Positions 1 through 12,104 of a stretch of 64,000 nucleotides of DNA are shown here, one piece after another (positions within the stretch are counted from its first letter, which is position 1; every line of letters starts with the position of its first letter). The stretch is from the NCBI GenBank assembly GCA_035514535.1, contig DATKAZ010000108.1, forward strand, positions 9,442-73,441, given 5' to 3'. The notes beneath the pieces are model-generated. The model was not told the origin of the DNA and did no database searches. It worked only from the letters and a program-made list of their open reading frames with translations. This DNA comes from Gammaproteobacteria bacterium. Lineage in GTDB: Bacteria > Pseudomonadota > Gammaproteobacteria > Steroidobacterales > XN24. Both the position numbers and the translations under genes were made by a program.

Positions 1-981
1 GCCCAGCCGCCCGCCGTCCGCCAGGGCGAGATCGAGTCGCTGGATGTCGGCCACGCCCTCCGCCCAGCCGCCCGCCAGGTCGATCTCGATCGGCCCCGGC
101 GCGAGTGCGGGCAGCGCGATGCGCCCGGTAATCGAGTTGTCTTCCGGTCGCCCTGCGAGTTGCAGCGCCACGGTCAAGCCGTCTATGGCCTCCGGCCAAA
201 GCCCGGATTCCTCCGGCAGTGGCTCGACGCCGACCTCGAGCTGCCAGGCCGGGGCGGCAGGCAGGCCGCTGATCGTGCCCGCGACGCGACCCTCGAGCGG
301 CGAGGTAAATTCATGGTCCACGGCGAGATCCGCCAGGGTGCCCGTGATGCGCGTGCGGCCGGTCACCGGGCCTCGTTCCGGCAACATGCGCCAGCGCAGG
401 TCGACGTCCCACGGCGCGTCCTGCGCCAGCGAGGCGCGGGCATGCCCCGCGAGTTCGCCCTGCGTGCTGCTCAGATCCAGCTGCAGCAGTTCCCCGCCGT
501 CGCCCGCAGCGCGGCCCGCGAGCGTGACCTGCAATCCCGCGACGACGGTCCTGCCGTCGTAATCGAGCGCCCCGTCGCTCAGCGTCGCGCGGTCCAGGAC
601 GATTGCCAGCGGCAGCGCCCCCGGCGCCTCGCCGGCAGGCTCGTCGTCGCCGGGGAGGCGGGCCTCGATGGCGATCCGCGGCGTCATGATCGCCAGGTCA
701 CGCACATGCAGCGTCCCGGTCAGCAGGGCGGACGGCCGCCAGTCGAACTCGATACGCTCGATGCTTCCGCTCACGCCCGGCGCGGCCAGTACGATGCGAC
801 CGCTGCTGAGCGGCCCGAGCAGGCGCCCGTCGAGTCCGGCCGGGTCGAGCGTCACGGGCAGGTGGGGCAGGGCACGGGCCGCGACGAACCTGAGCCCGCT
901 CGTGGTGCCGACCAGCCAGCCGGCCATGCCCAGCAGCAGCACCAGGATCACGCCGGCCACGAACAGCTTGCGGAACTTCAC
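1..981 (-). CDS. tamB: Translocation and assembly module TamB, 5' part (runs off the window edge)
   Basis: My own translation from GTG at 981, overlapping the tamA stop (GTGA): MKFRKLFVAGVILVLLLGMAGWLVGTTSGLRF. This is an N-terminal TM anchor plus TxxG motif typical of TamB, directly downstream of tamA. Confidence 0.8.
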   Translation of the reverse strand, partial: MKFRKLFVAGVILVLLLGMAGWLVGTTSGLRFVAARALPHLPVTLDPAGLDGRLLGPLSSGRIVLAAPGVSGSIERIEFDWRPSALLTGTLHVRDLAIMTPRIAIEARLPGDDEPAGEAPGALPLAIVLDRATLSDGALDYDGRTVVAGLQVTLAGRAAGDGGELLQLDLSSTQGELAGHARASLAQDAPWDVDLRWRMLPERGPVTGRTRITGTLADLAVDHEFTSPLEGRVAGTISGLPAAPAWQLEVGVEPLPEESGLWPEAIDGLTVALQLAGRPEDNSITGRIALPALAPGPIEIDLAGGWAEGVADIQRLDLALADGGRLG

Positions 982-2738
982 AGGTCCGGCCGGATCGTCA
1001 GGTGGAAACGCGGGCTGCGGCTTTCCGTCACGGAGCGTGCCATGGAAATGCGCAGCGTGCCGATCGGCGTGTGCACGTTGACACCGAGACCCACCGAGGC
1101 CTCGAGCCCGTCGTCGAAGCTGTCGAGAGCATTGCCCGCATCGACGAACGCCGCCAGCGCCACGCGGCCCCACACGCGGCGCTCGGCCTCGAGGCTGCCG
1201 AACACCAGGTGCCTGCCGCCGATGACGTTGCCGGCCTCGTCCTGTGGTCCCAGGGAGTTGAAACCGTAGCCGCGGACGCTCTGGTCGCCACCGGCGAAGA
1301 ACCGCTGGGATGCGGGCAGCGTTTCGAGTCCGCCTACGATCCCTATGCCGATCCTGCTGCGCGTGAAGAAGCGCCATTGCTCGCCGAGCGAGTACACGCG
1401 ATTCGCCTCGAACTCGAGCCTCAGAAAGTCACTGTTCGCGCCGAGCACCTGTTGTGAGCCCCGCGCCTCGCCGCGCAGCCGGTACCCCTTGGTGGGAAAC
1501 AACACGTTGTCGGCGATCAGCTTCTCCATGCCGATTCCCGGGATGATCAGCCTGTCCCGCTGTTCCGGCTGGTCCGGTACGCGCGTCCGCTCGTCGAGCA
1601 GGTCCGTGAACAGGGTACGCTGCCAGCCGCCGCCGCGGTCGGTGACATGGCTTACGCCCAGCAGCGCGCGACGGCTCTCGAGGTCCGCGAGGTCCTCCTC
1701 GGTGTAGCCGCCGCGGAACAGCAAGCGCTCCTTCAGCGGGTCGCCGATCGGGATGCGGTAACGCGCGCTGATTTCGCTCCGTAGCTCCGACAGCCGCAGT
1801 TCCGTGCCGGCCGAATGGCCCGCCTTGTTCAGATGCCGCCAGTCGACGGCGGCGCTGCCACGCAGGCGCGTGTCCGTCGCGTAACCGAGCCCCAGCCTGA
1901 TCCGTTGCCGGCGCGTCGGGCTCGTCTCGATGTCGATGGGCACGGTCCGCGTGGCGGCATCGGGCTCGCCCGCGTGTACGATCACACTCGCGAAGTACAG
2001 GCTGTCGGTGAGGCGATACTGGACCTGCAGCAGGCGGCCGGCATCGAAGGGCTCGCCGGCACGAATCGCCACGAACTTCTGGAACAGATCCTCGGCGAGG
2101 ATGTCCTGCGACACCTCGATGACGCCGAAGTGATACCGGGGTCCGGTCTCCAGGTGCAGCACGACCCGCGCGGTGAGTGCCGAGGGGTCCACCTCGAGCA
2201 TACGCTGGGTGAAGCGCGCCTCGAAGTAGCCGAGGGTCGCCGCGGCGGCCTGCAGGTCGTTACGCAGGCGATCGTGCTCGAAGTGGCGCAGGGGTTGCCC
2301 CACCTGTAGCGGGCTGCCGGCAATGACCTGCTGCAGGCGCTCCTCCGCGCTGCCTTCGCCGCTGATGCGCGCGTCGACCTCTGCCACCAGCACCGGCTCG
2401 CCCGGTTCGATCTGGAAACTGGCGACCCAGCGGCCGTCGTCACGCTGTTCCAGCAGGCGCTCGATGCGCGGGCGGTAGTAACCGAAAGGACGCATCGCAT
2501 CACGAATCTGGCCGCGCGAGCGCGCAAACAGGCGCCGCACGGCGGCCTCGGAGAGGTCGGCGCGCGAGCCGTGCCGGACGAGGTCCAGCGAGGCACGGAT
2601 ATTGGTCCGTATCTCGGCGTCGACGCCCGCCAGCTCGACCTCGACCTGGGCGCTCGTCGCGCCAACAGGCAGCATGCAGGCCAGCACCAGCAGGGCGAGC
2701 CTGGCCGGGCGGGCTGAATTGCGGACAATGTGCCACAC
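978..2738 (-). CDS. tamA: Autotransporter assembly outer-membrane protein TamA (Omp85 family)
   Basis: POTRA-like N-terminus (PFGYY, LGYF, GPRY), GLGYATDT, RFFAGGDQSVRGY, and C-terminal TPIG..R..FHLTIRPDL. The start is uncertain (GTG 2738 or ATG 2801). Confidence 0.9.
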   Translation of the reverse strand: MWHIVRNSARPARLALLVLACMLPVGATSAQVEVELAGVDAEIRTNIRASLDLVRHGSRADLSEAAVRRLFARSRGQIRDAMRPFGYYRPRIERLLEQRDDGRWVASFQIEPGEPVLVAEVDARISGEGSAEERLQQVIAGSPLQVGQPLRHFEHDRLRNDLQAAAATLGYFEARFTQRMLEVDPSALTARVVLHLETGPRYHFGVIEVSQDILAEDLFQKFVAIRAGEPFDAGRLLQVQYRLTDSLYFASVIVHAGEPDAATRTVPIDIETSPTRRQRIRLGLGYATDTRLRGSAAVDWRHLNKAGHSAGTELRLSELRSEISARYRIPIGDPLKERLLFRGGYTEEDLADLESRRALLGVSHVTDRGGGWQRTLFTDLLDERTRVPDQPEQRDRLIIPGIGMEKLIADNVLFPTKGYRLRGEARGSQQVLGANSDFLRLEFEANRVYSLGEQWRFFTRSRIGIGIVGGLETLPASQRFFAGGDQSVRGYGFNSLGPQDEAGNVIGGRHLVFGSLEAERRVWGRVALAAFVDAGNALDSFDDGLEASVGLGVNVHTPIGTLRISMARSVTESRSPRFHLTIRPDL

Positions 2739-2833
2739 ACGGCGGCACGGCTGGAATCCGGACACTGTCAGTTTCGCGATTGGGCTATAGTCGAGCCCCA
2801 TTCTAAGGCCAAGGGCTGGAGCGGAACTGCGCG

Positions 2834-4120
<1,287 letters not shown>

Positions 4121-4157
4121 CTCCCTCGGCCTGGTCGTCTGTCCGCCAGCCGGCTGC

Positions 4158-5717
4158 TCAGTGCCGGAAATGCCGCATCCCCGTGAAAACCATCGCGAGG
4201 CCGTGTTCGTCGGCCGCGTCGATGACTTCCGCGTCGCGCACGGACCCGCCGGGCTGGATGATCGCCGTCACGCCGTGCTCCGCCCCGGTGTCCACATTGT
4301 CCCGAAAGGGAAAAAATGCGTCCGAGGCCATCACCGACCCCTTGATGGCGAGGCCTGCGTCCGCCGCCTTGATCGCCGCGATGCGCGTGCTGTAGATGCG
4401 GCTCATCTGTCCGGCACCGATGCCGATGGTGGTCGAATCCTTGCAGAACACGATGGCGTTGGATTTCACGTAGCGGACGACTTTCCAGGCGAACAGCAGG
4501 TCCTTGAGCTCGTGCTCCGTGGGCGCGCGCTGCGACACGACCTTGAGCTGCGCCGGATCGACCTCGACCAGGTCCGCGTCCTGCACCAGCAGGGCGCCCG
4601 CAACGCTGCGCAGCTGCATCGTGCCGAGCGGCGCGGTGTTCAAGCGGCCACTCGCGAGCACGCGCACGTTGGGCTTGGCGGCGAGCGCCTCCGCGGCGCC
4701 GGGGCCGAGGGAGGGCGCCACCAGCACCTCGACGAACTGCTTTCTCAGGATCGCCTCCGCCGTGTCGCCGTCCAGCGGGCGATTGAACGCGATGATTCCG
4801 CCGAACGCGGACACCGGGTCGGTGGCGTAGGCGCGGCGGTAGGCGTTGAGCAGGCCGTCGGCGACAGCCACGCCGCAGGGATTCGCGTGCTTCACGATGA
4901 CGCAGGCGGGTTCCGCAAATTGCTTGACGCATTCCAGAGCGGTGTCGGCATCGAGAAAATTGTTGTAGGACAGCTGCTTGCCCTGGAGCTGCTCGGCGGC
5001 GCCGATGGTGCCGTTGCGCGGCACGCCGAGGGCATAGACGGCGGCGCGCTGGTGCGGGTTCTCGCCGTAGCGCAGCTGCATGAGCTTGTGCGTAGGCAGG
5101 ACGAGGTCATCGGGCATTTCCGCGCCGTCCATCTCCGACCGCCAGCCAAGCCAGTGAGCCACGGCCGCGTCGTAGCTGGCGACATGCGCGAATGCCCTGG
5201 CGGCCAGGCGCAGGCGCATTTCGTAAGGAATCTCGTTCGCGACCCTGAGCGCGGTAAGCACGGTGTCGTAATCCGACGGTTCGACGACGACGGTCACGGC
5301 GGCGTGATTCTTCGCGGCCGCACGGAGCATTGCCGGTCCGCCGATGTCGATGTTCTCGACCGCTACGTCGATCGTGCAGTCCGGATCGGCGACAGTCTCG
5401 CGAAACGGATAGAGGTTGACCACGAGCAGGTCGATCGGCTCAATGCCGTGCTCTTCCATCACGGCGTCGTCCGTGCCGCGCCTGCCGAGCAGGCCGCCAT
5501 GGACGCGCGGATGCAGGGTCTTGATGCGCCCGTCCATGATTTCCGGAAAGCCCGTGAGGTCGGCAACGTCCCGCACCTCGAGTCCCGCCGAGCGCAACAG
5601 CGTCGCGGTGCCGCCCGTGGACAGTAGCTGCACGCCGAGCGCCGCGAGGCCGCGCGCGAATTCGGCCGCGCCGCGCTTGTCCGAGACGCTGATGAGTGCA
5701 CGCCTGATTTGCGCCAT
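4158..5717 (-). CDS. purH: Bifunctional AICAR transformylase/IMP cyclohydrolase
   Basis: [40 protein letters not shown] and GMRHFRH motifs. Confidence 0.98.
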   Translation of the reverse strand: MAQIRRALISVSDKRGAAEFARGLAALGVQLLSTGGTATLLRSAGLEVRDVADLTGFPEIMDGRIKTLHPRVHGGLLGRRGTDDAVMEEHGIEPIDLLVVNLYPFRETVADPDCTIDVAVENIDIGGPAMLRAAAKNHAAVTVVVEPSDYDTVLTALRVANEIPYEMRLRLAARAFAHVASYDAAVAHWLGWRSEMDGAEMPDDLVLPTHKLMQLRYGENPHQRAAVYALGVPRNGTIGAAEQLQGKQLSYNNFLDADTALECVKQFAEPACVIVKHANPCGVAVADGLLNAYRRAYATDPVSAFGGIIAFNRPLDGDTAEAILRKQFVEVLVAPSLGPGAAEALAAKPNVRVLASGRLNTAPLGTMQLRSVAGALLVQDADLVEVDPAQLKVVSQRAPTEHELKDLLFAWKVVRYVKSNAIVFCKDSTTIGIGAGQMSRIYSTRIAAIKAADAGLAIKGSVMASDAFFPFRDNVDTGAEHGVTAIIQPGGSVRDAEVIDAADEHGLAMVFTGMRHFRH

Positions 5718-5746
5718 GAACTGTACCTGTGGAGCCGCGAGGCGGC

Positions 5747-6037
5747 TCAGCCAAGCAGGCCGTGTCGGCGCAGTTTCTTGCGCAGCGTGCCCCTGTTGAT
5801 ACCCAGGATCGATGCGGCGAGACTCTGATTGCCGCCGGTGTAATCCAGCACGGCCTTGAACAGCGGTTTTTCCACCTCGCCGATCACCAGATCGTAGAGT
5901 TCTTCGGGCTTGTGCCCGTTAAGCGTGTGAAAATACTGCTCCAGGGCTTCCTGGGCCATGTTCCCGAGCGCGCCGTCGCCAGAGCGCGGCTTGCCGTCAC
6001 CGTTAGGTGCCAGATGTTGTTTGTTGTTGCCGTACAC
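5747..6037 (-). CDS. fis: DNA-binding protein Fis
   Basis: [13 protein letters not shown]...[24 protein letters not shown]; lies downstream of dusB. GTG start at 6037 is inferred. Confidence 0.92.
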   Translation of the reverse strand: MYGNNKQHLAPNGDGKPRSGDGALGNMAQEALEQYFHTLNGHKPEELYDLVIGEVEKPLFKAVLDYTGGNQSLAASILGINRGTLRKKLRRHGLLG

Positions 6038-6050
6038 GTTGTTGTCCCCA

Positions 6051-7046
<996 letters not shown>

Positions 7047-7057
7047 CAGCGCAGGCC

Positions 7058-8251
7058 CTAACGGAACGGCTCCGCCGCGCACACCAGGCCGCGCGCGTCG
7101 AGCTCGAGGCACAAGTCGACGCGGAAACCATCGGCCCGTGCGCCGGGATCGGGCATGCTGACGGAAGTGCGTATGCGCTCCCCGGCCGGGAGACGGTCGC
7201 CCCCGGCGTCTCTCTCGAGATATTGATCCGGCGCGAAATCGTGGGTCGCAACGCGCTGGCCGAAGCGATCCTGCAGGACGATGCGGATGTCCGGGTAGGG
7301 CTGGGCGAAGTCGGCCCCGTTCTGGAATTCGATCGCGACGTTCAGGTCGCCGGATTGATCCGCGGTGGCGATCGCTTCCGAGCGCAACACGCGGAACTCA
7401 CCCGGCCGCCAGTCCGGCGCGACGTCCATGCCCAGCAGCGAGTAGATCGGGCCCAGCACGGCCTGTCCGGCCGGGAGCCGCATCAGCTTGCCGCGTTGCA
7501 CATGGGCCCACGTGCCTGCCAGGAAGAGCACGGCGACCAGCGGCAACGCCACGCGCAGCCACGGGCGGTCCGGGCCGTCCTGCCTGGCGAAGCCCGGCAG
7601 GCTCTCGGCGTCGTCCCGCGTGTCCGGTTCCTCTGCGTCGCCTTCGTCGTGGTCCACCAACCGGTCGGCAGGCGCGGCGGCGCGCGCATCCTCGTCGGCC
7701 GATGCGGCCGGCGCACCGTCGGCTCGCGCGGTCGCGTCGCCCGGACCGTCATCGTCCGCGGCGACGAAGGGGCCGTCGAGAGGCGTATCAAACGCCTCGG
7801 AGGACTCGTCGACGCGAAACACCGAGTCGGGATCCGGCAGGTCGTCGTCCAGGTAGTCGTCCGGGTCGTCGTCCGGGTCGTCGTCCGGGTCGTCGTCCGG
7901 GTCGTCGTCCGGGGAGACGTCAAGGCCGTTCGGCACAAGCGGCATTGCGGGGAGCGGTCGTGCGCGGTGCGGCAGTTCCTCGGGCATGTCATCGTCGCCG
8001 ATGAGCGACTCGAGCTCCTCGAGGAACTCGTCTTCGTCGCGTGCGGCTTCGCCGGCTTCCGGGGGCAGGTCCTCCGCGAGCGGTTCGTCCGCTTCGTCCG
8101 GCAGGGCGTCGGCCGGGCGTGTCTCGCTGAGCGACTCGAGCGCATCGAAGGTCGTGTCACAGGCGCCACAGACCACGGTCCCGTCCGCCGCGCGGAGCTC
8201 GGCGGCGGTGATATGGAACACGGTCCTGCATTCGGGGCAGCGCGTAAACAT
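7058..8251 (-). CDS. Zinc-ribbon / DUF3426-type membrane protein
   Basis: MFTRCPEC...VVCGACDTTFDA zinc ribbon, acidic linker, one TM helix, then a periplasmic domain with AQPYP. It occupies the usual position between prmA and dusB. Confidence 0.85.
   Translation of the reverse strand: MFTRCPECRTVFHITAAELRAADGTVVCGACDTTFDALESLSETRPADALPDEADEPLAEDLPPEAGEAARDEDEFLEELESLIGDDDMPEELPHRARPLPAMPLVPNGLDVSPDDDPDDDPDDDPDDDPDDYLDDDLPDPDSVFRVDESSEAFDTPLDGPFVAADDDGPGDATARADGAPAASADEDARAAAPADRLVDHDEGDAEEPDTRDDAESLPGFARQDGPDRPWLRVALPLVAVLFLAGTWAHVQRGKLMRLPAGQAVLGPIYSLLGMDVAPDWRPGEFRVLRSEAIATADQSGDLNVAIEFQNGADFAQPYPDIRIVLQDRFGQRVATHDFAPDQYLERDAGGDRLPAGERIRTSVSMPDPGARADGFRVDLCLELDARGLVCAAEPFR
7856..7912. repeat. 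12-bp tandem repeat (GTCGTCGTCCGG) x4 plus a partial copy, encoding (PDDD)n
   Basis: Perfect copies at 7865, 7877, 7889 and 7901; partial copy at 7856-7864. Confidence 0.95.
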
Positions 8252-9186
8252 CAGCTTGCGGTTTTCCTCCGGCCTGAGAGTCTCACCCACCCTTCCTTCG
8301 TCGCCGGGCGGTCGAGCAGGAACCAGGGCTCGGCCGCGGCCGCGAGCGACACTTCCTGGCTGGCAAGGATACCCGACAGCGCCATCCTGCCGTCCGCCTC
8401 CAGGAGCGCGGCGAACTCCGGCAGCAGCGCGTGCAGCGGGGCCGCCAGGACGTTGGCCACGAGGATATCCGCTTTCCGCCCGCGCAGCACTGCGGGCAAC
8501 TCCCCGGGCGAGCAAGCCGTGATCCTGGCGGCGACATCGTTGACCTCCGCGTTGGCGCGCGTCGCCAGCAGGGCCTGGGGGTCGATGTCCACGGCGACGG
8601 CTTCGGCGGCACCCAGCAACAGCGCGGCGATGGCGAGAATACCCGAGCCGCAACCGTAGTCCAGCGCCAGCGCGCCTTCCAGCGGGGCCCGCGCCCCGGC
8701 CCGGGGCGCGCCGAGCGCATCCAGCCACTCCAGGCACAGGGCGGTCGTGGCATGGGTGCCGGTACCGAAGGCGAGACCCGGGTCGAGGCGCAACACGACG
8801 GCGCCTGCGGGCGGCGTCATTCCCACGGGGACCACGGCGAGGCGCGTCCCGAAGCGCAGCGGCTGGAAATCGCGCAGCCACTCGCGCTCCCAGGCGCGCT
8901 CCGCGAGCGAGGCGATCCGCCAGTGGACGCCCGGAATCCGGTCATGCACGGCCGCGAGCACGGCCAGCGGATCGCAATCGCCGGCAAACAGGCCGGTGAT
9001 CACGACACTTGGCCACAACGGCATTTCCCCGGGCGCGGGCTCGAGCACCGGCCGGTCCGCGGCGTCCTGCAGGGTGACGGCGAGCGCGCCCGCCGCGAGC
9101 AGCACTACCTCGGCCGGCGCGGCCTGATCCCGGGCCACCGTGGCCGCTACCTGCAGCCAGCCGGCGGCGCCCGGAGCCGGGCTCAG
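8251..9186 (-). CDS. prmA: Ribosomal protein L11 methyltransferase
   Basis: [52 protein letters not shown] and ANVLA motifs. Start is uncertain (CTG 9186 or GTG 9138). Confidence 0.93.
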   Translation of the reverse strand: MSPAPGAAGWLQVAATVARDQAAPAEVVLLAAGALAVTLQDAADRPVLEPAPGEMPLWPSVVITGLFAGDCDPLAVLAAVHDRIPGVHWRIASLAERAWEREWLRDFQPLRFGTRLAVVPVGMTPPAGAVVLRLDPGLAFGTGTHATTALCLEWLDALGAPRAGARAPLEGALALDYGCGSGILAIAALLLGAAEAVAVDIDPQALLATRANAEVNDVAARITACSPGELPAVLRGRKADILVANVLAAPLHALLPEFAALLEADGRMALSGILASQEVSLAAAAEPWFLLDRPATKEGWVRLSGRRKTAS

Positions 9187-10526
9187 AGCCCGAGCCTCTT
9201 CTCGAGGTAATGGATGTCGGTGCCGCCGGCCTTGAAGGCGTTGTGGCTGAAGATTTCCTGGTGCAGGGGAACATTGGTGCGGATCCCTTCGACGACGATC
9301 TCGGTCAGCGCCGTCTGCATGCGCGCGATGGCCGATGCGCGGCTCGCGCCATGCGCGATCAGCTTGCCGATCATGCTGTCGTAGTAGGGCGGCACCTGGT
9401 AGCCCGAGTAGATGTGGCTGTCCACCCGGATGCCGGGGCCCCCGGGCGCATGCCACTGGCGCACTGGTCCCGGGCTCGGCATGAAGGTCTTGGGATCCTC
9501 GGCATTGATCCGGCATTCGATGGCGTGACCGCGAATGACGACGTCTTCCTGGCAGATGCGCAGCGGCCGGCCGGCCGCGATATACATCTGCTCCTTCACG
9601 ATGTCGACGCCCGTGATCATTTCCGTGACGGGATGTTCGACCTGGATGCGGGTATTCATCTCGATGAAGAAGAACTCTTCGTCCTGGTACAGGAACTCGA
9701 ACGTTCCCGCGCCGCGATAGCCGATCTCCAGGCACGCCTCGACGCAGCGCCGCCCCATGGCCTCGCGTTGCTCGTCGCTGATTCCCGGCGCCGGCGCCTC
9801 CTCGACGACTTTCTGGTGGCGACGCTGCATGGAGCAGTCGCGCTCGCAGAGATGGACGGCGTGGCCCTGGCCGTCCGCGAGGACCTGGAACTCGATGTGG
9901 CGGGGCCGCTCGAGGAATTTTTCCAGGTAGACCATCTCGTTGCTGAATGCCGCGAGCGCCTCGCCGCGCGTCACCGTGATCGCGTTGAGGAGGGTCGCGT
10001 CCGAGTGCACCACCCGCATGCCACGCCCGCCGCCCCCGCCCGCCGCCTTGATCAGCACCGGGTAGCCGATGCTGCGCGCCATCCGCAGGCACTCCTCGGG
10101 GTCGTCGCCGAGCGGCCCGTCGGAGCCTGGCACGCAGGGGATGCCGGCCGCCTTCATGGTGCGGATCGCGGAGACCTTGTCGCCCATCAGGCGGATCGTC
10201 TCGGGCCGCGGGCCGATGAACACGAAGCCGCTTTTCTCGACGCGCTCGGCAAAGTCGGCGTTCTCCGACAGGAAGCCGTAGCCCGGATGGATCGCGATGG
10301 CGTCCGTGACCTCCGCGGCGCTGATGATGGCGGGCATGTTGAGATAGCTTTGTGCCGACGGGGGTGGGCCGATGCAGACCGACTCGTCGGCGAGCAGGAC
10401 GTGCTTCTGGCTGCTGTCGGCGGTGGAATGAACCGCCACGGTCTTGATGCCGAGTTCCCGGCAGGCGCGGAGGATGCGCAAGGCGATCTCGCCGCGGTTC
10501 GCGATGACGACCTTCTCGAGCATCAC
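9183..10526 (-). CDS. accC: Acetyl-CoA carboxylase, biotin carboxylase subunit
   Basis: [47 protein letters not shown] and [10 protein letters not shown] motifs. Confidence 0.98.
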   Translation of the reverse strand: MMLEKVVIANRGEIALRILRACRELGIKTVAVHSTADSSQKHVLLADESVCIGPPPSAQSYLNMPAIISAAEVTDAIAIHPGYGFLSENADFAERVEKSGFVFIGPRPETIRLMGDKVSAIRTMKAAGIPCVPGSDGPLGDDPEECLRMARSIGYPVLIKAAGGGGGRGMRVVHSDATLLNAITVTRGEALAAFSNEMVYLEKFLERPRHIEFQVLADGQGHAVHLCERDCSMQRRHQKVVEEAPAPGISDEQREAMGRRCVEACLEIGYRGAGTFEFLYQDEEFFFIEMNTRIQVEHPVTEMITGVDIVKEQMYIAAGRPLRICQEDVVIRGHAIECRINAEDPKTFMPSPGPVRQWHAPGGPGIRVDSHIYSGYQVPPYYDSMIGKLIAHGASRASAIARMQTALTEIVVEGIRTNVPLHQEIFSHNAFKAGGTDIHYLEKRLGL

Positions 10527-10529
10527 GCC

Positions 10530-10982
10530 TTACTCGATGATGAACAGCGGCTGGCCGAACTCGACCGGCTCGCCGTTGTCCACGAGGATCGCGACCACGG
10601 TGCCGGCGGTCTCGCTCTCGATCTGGTTCATCATCTTCATCGCTTCGATGATGCACAACGTGTCGCCCACCTCGACCTTGCTGCCGATCTGCACGAAAGG
10701 CTTGGCGCCGGGTGCAGGGGCGTTGTAATAGGTGCCGACCATCGGCGCGGCAATCGTGTGCCCCGCGGGCGGCGGCTGCTGGGATGGGTCACCGGTCACC
10801 TGTCCGGCGGGCGCCGGGCCCTGGGCGGGCGCGGCCGTCATCATCTGGGGGGGCGCGCTCCAGCCCCCGCCGGTCGGATGCCGGCTGATGCGGACGGATT
10901 CCTCGCCCTCGTGAATCTCGATCTCCGCGATGCCTGATTCCTCGAGCAGCTCGATCAGTTTCTTGACCTTGCGTATATCCAT
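10530..10982 (-). CDS. accB: Biotin carboxyl carrier protein
   Basis: [19 protein letters not shown]-terminus and the EAMKM biotinylation motif. Confidence 0.98.
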   Translation of the reverse strand: MDIRKVKKLIELLEESGIAEIEIHEGEESVRISRHPTGGGWSAPPQMMTAAPAQGPAPAGQVTGDPSQQPPPAGHTIAAPMVGTYYNAPAPGAKPFVQIGSKVEVGDTLCIIEAMKMMNQIESETAGTVVAILVDNGEPVEFGQPLFIIE

Positions 10983-10985
10983 GTC

Positions 10986-11438
10986 TCAGTTCCTGTCAGT
11001 GCCGCGCAGCATGGCGTCTGCGGCGCGGATCGCGAGTTCGTAGCCCAGCGGACCGAGGCCGGAGATCACTCCCGCCGCGACGGCCGAGAAATAGGAGCGG
11101 CGGCGAAACGGTTCCCGCCCATGAACATTCGAGAGGTGCACCTCTATGAAAGGTATCCCCACGGCGGTCAGCGCGTCGCGCAACGCGACGCTGGTGTGCG
11201 TGAAGGCGGCGGGATTGATGACGATCGCACCGATCCCCCGGGCAGGCGCGCCCTGGACCCGCTGGATGAGCTCGTGCTCCGCGTTGGACTGGAGGCATTC
11301 GAGCTCGTGTCCGAACTCCGTCGCCAGGCGCCGGCAGCGATCCTCGATCGCCGCGAGCGTGACCGTGCCGTACAGGTCCGGCTCGCGATCCCCGAGCATG
11401 TTCAGGTTGGGTCCGTTGAGTAGCAGGACGCGGCTCAT
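10986..11438 (-). CDS. aroQ: Type II 3-dehydroquinate dehydratase
   Basis: [31 protein letters not shown] and EVHLSN motifs. Confidence 0.97.
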   Translation of the reverse strand: MSRVLLLNGPNLNMLGDREPDLYGTVTLAAIEDRCRRLATEFGHELECLQSNAEHELIQRVQGAPARGIGAIVINPAAFTHTSVALRDALTAVGIPFIEVHLSNVHGREPFRRRSYFSAVAAGVISGLGPLGYELAIRAADAMLRGTDRN

Positions 11439-11552
11439 CGCAGGAAGAATCCGATCAAAAGGCGACAGATGCAAGCGAGATCGCGTGAAGTCTATAACTT
11501 TTCGCGACAGGATTACATTCTGGGAGCGCCCCGCGGGCGCCCGGCCCGGGGG

Positions 11553-12104
11553 TCAGAGCAGTTCCGCGAGGATCGCCTCGATCTGCTCGCGGTGGAGTTC
11601 CCCGGAGTGCACCCGCACGATGCGGCCGTCGCGGTCGGTGAAGGCCGTGAATGGCAGGCCGATGAAGCCATCGAGGAACCGGTTGCCGAGGTCCACGGCG
11701 TCCTCCTGGCCGATCAGGACGGGGTAGTTGAACTCCATCCCCGCCGCGAAATCGCGCACGGCGTCGGTCTCGTCCATGGCGATGCCGATCACCTGGACGC
11801 CGCGCCCGCCGTATTCCTGCTGCACGTCCACGAGCAGGGGGATCTCGCGGATGCACGGCGGGCACCAAGTGGCCCAGAAATTCACCACGCGCACGGTATC
11901 GTGCCACTCGCTGCTGGATCGCGGCGTGCCCGCGAGATCCGGCAGGACGAACTCAGGCGCGATCTCGGCCGCCTGCGGTGCCGCCGGCAGGGGCGGGAGC
12001 CCGTCGTCCGCCGGTCGTCCGTGGCCGGCCATCCCGGCGTAGATGAAATAGCCGGCCACGCCGGACGCGACCGCGATCAGCGCGAGCGGCAGGATGTGCC
12101 TCAT
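11553..12104 (-). CDS. TlpA-family thiol-disulfide oxidoreductase
   Basis: N-terminal TM segment, VVNFWATWCPPC..EIP, and GLP cis-Pro loop. Confidence 0.9.
   Translation of the reverse strand: MRHILPLALIAVASGVAGYFIYAGMAGHGRPADDGLPPLPAAPQAAEIAPEFVLPDLAGTPRSSSEWHDTVRVVNFWATWCPPCIREIPLLVDVQQEYGGRGVQVIGIAMDETDAVRDFAAGMEFNYPVLIGQEDAVDLGNRFLDGFIGLPFTAFTDRDGRIVRVHSGELHREQIEAILAELL

Noticed and set aside
7058-10656. Apparent long fusions in the ORF track (801-aa prmA, 607-aa DUF3426; likewise extended pfp, adk, mpl, tamA, thiC)
   Set aside because: The N-terminal extensions overlap other real genes or intergenic DNA and are Arg/Gly/Pro-rich noise. The true starts are internal.
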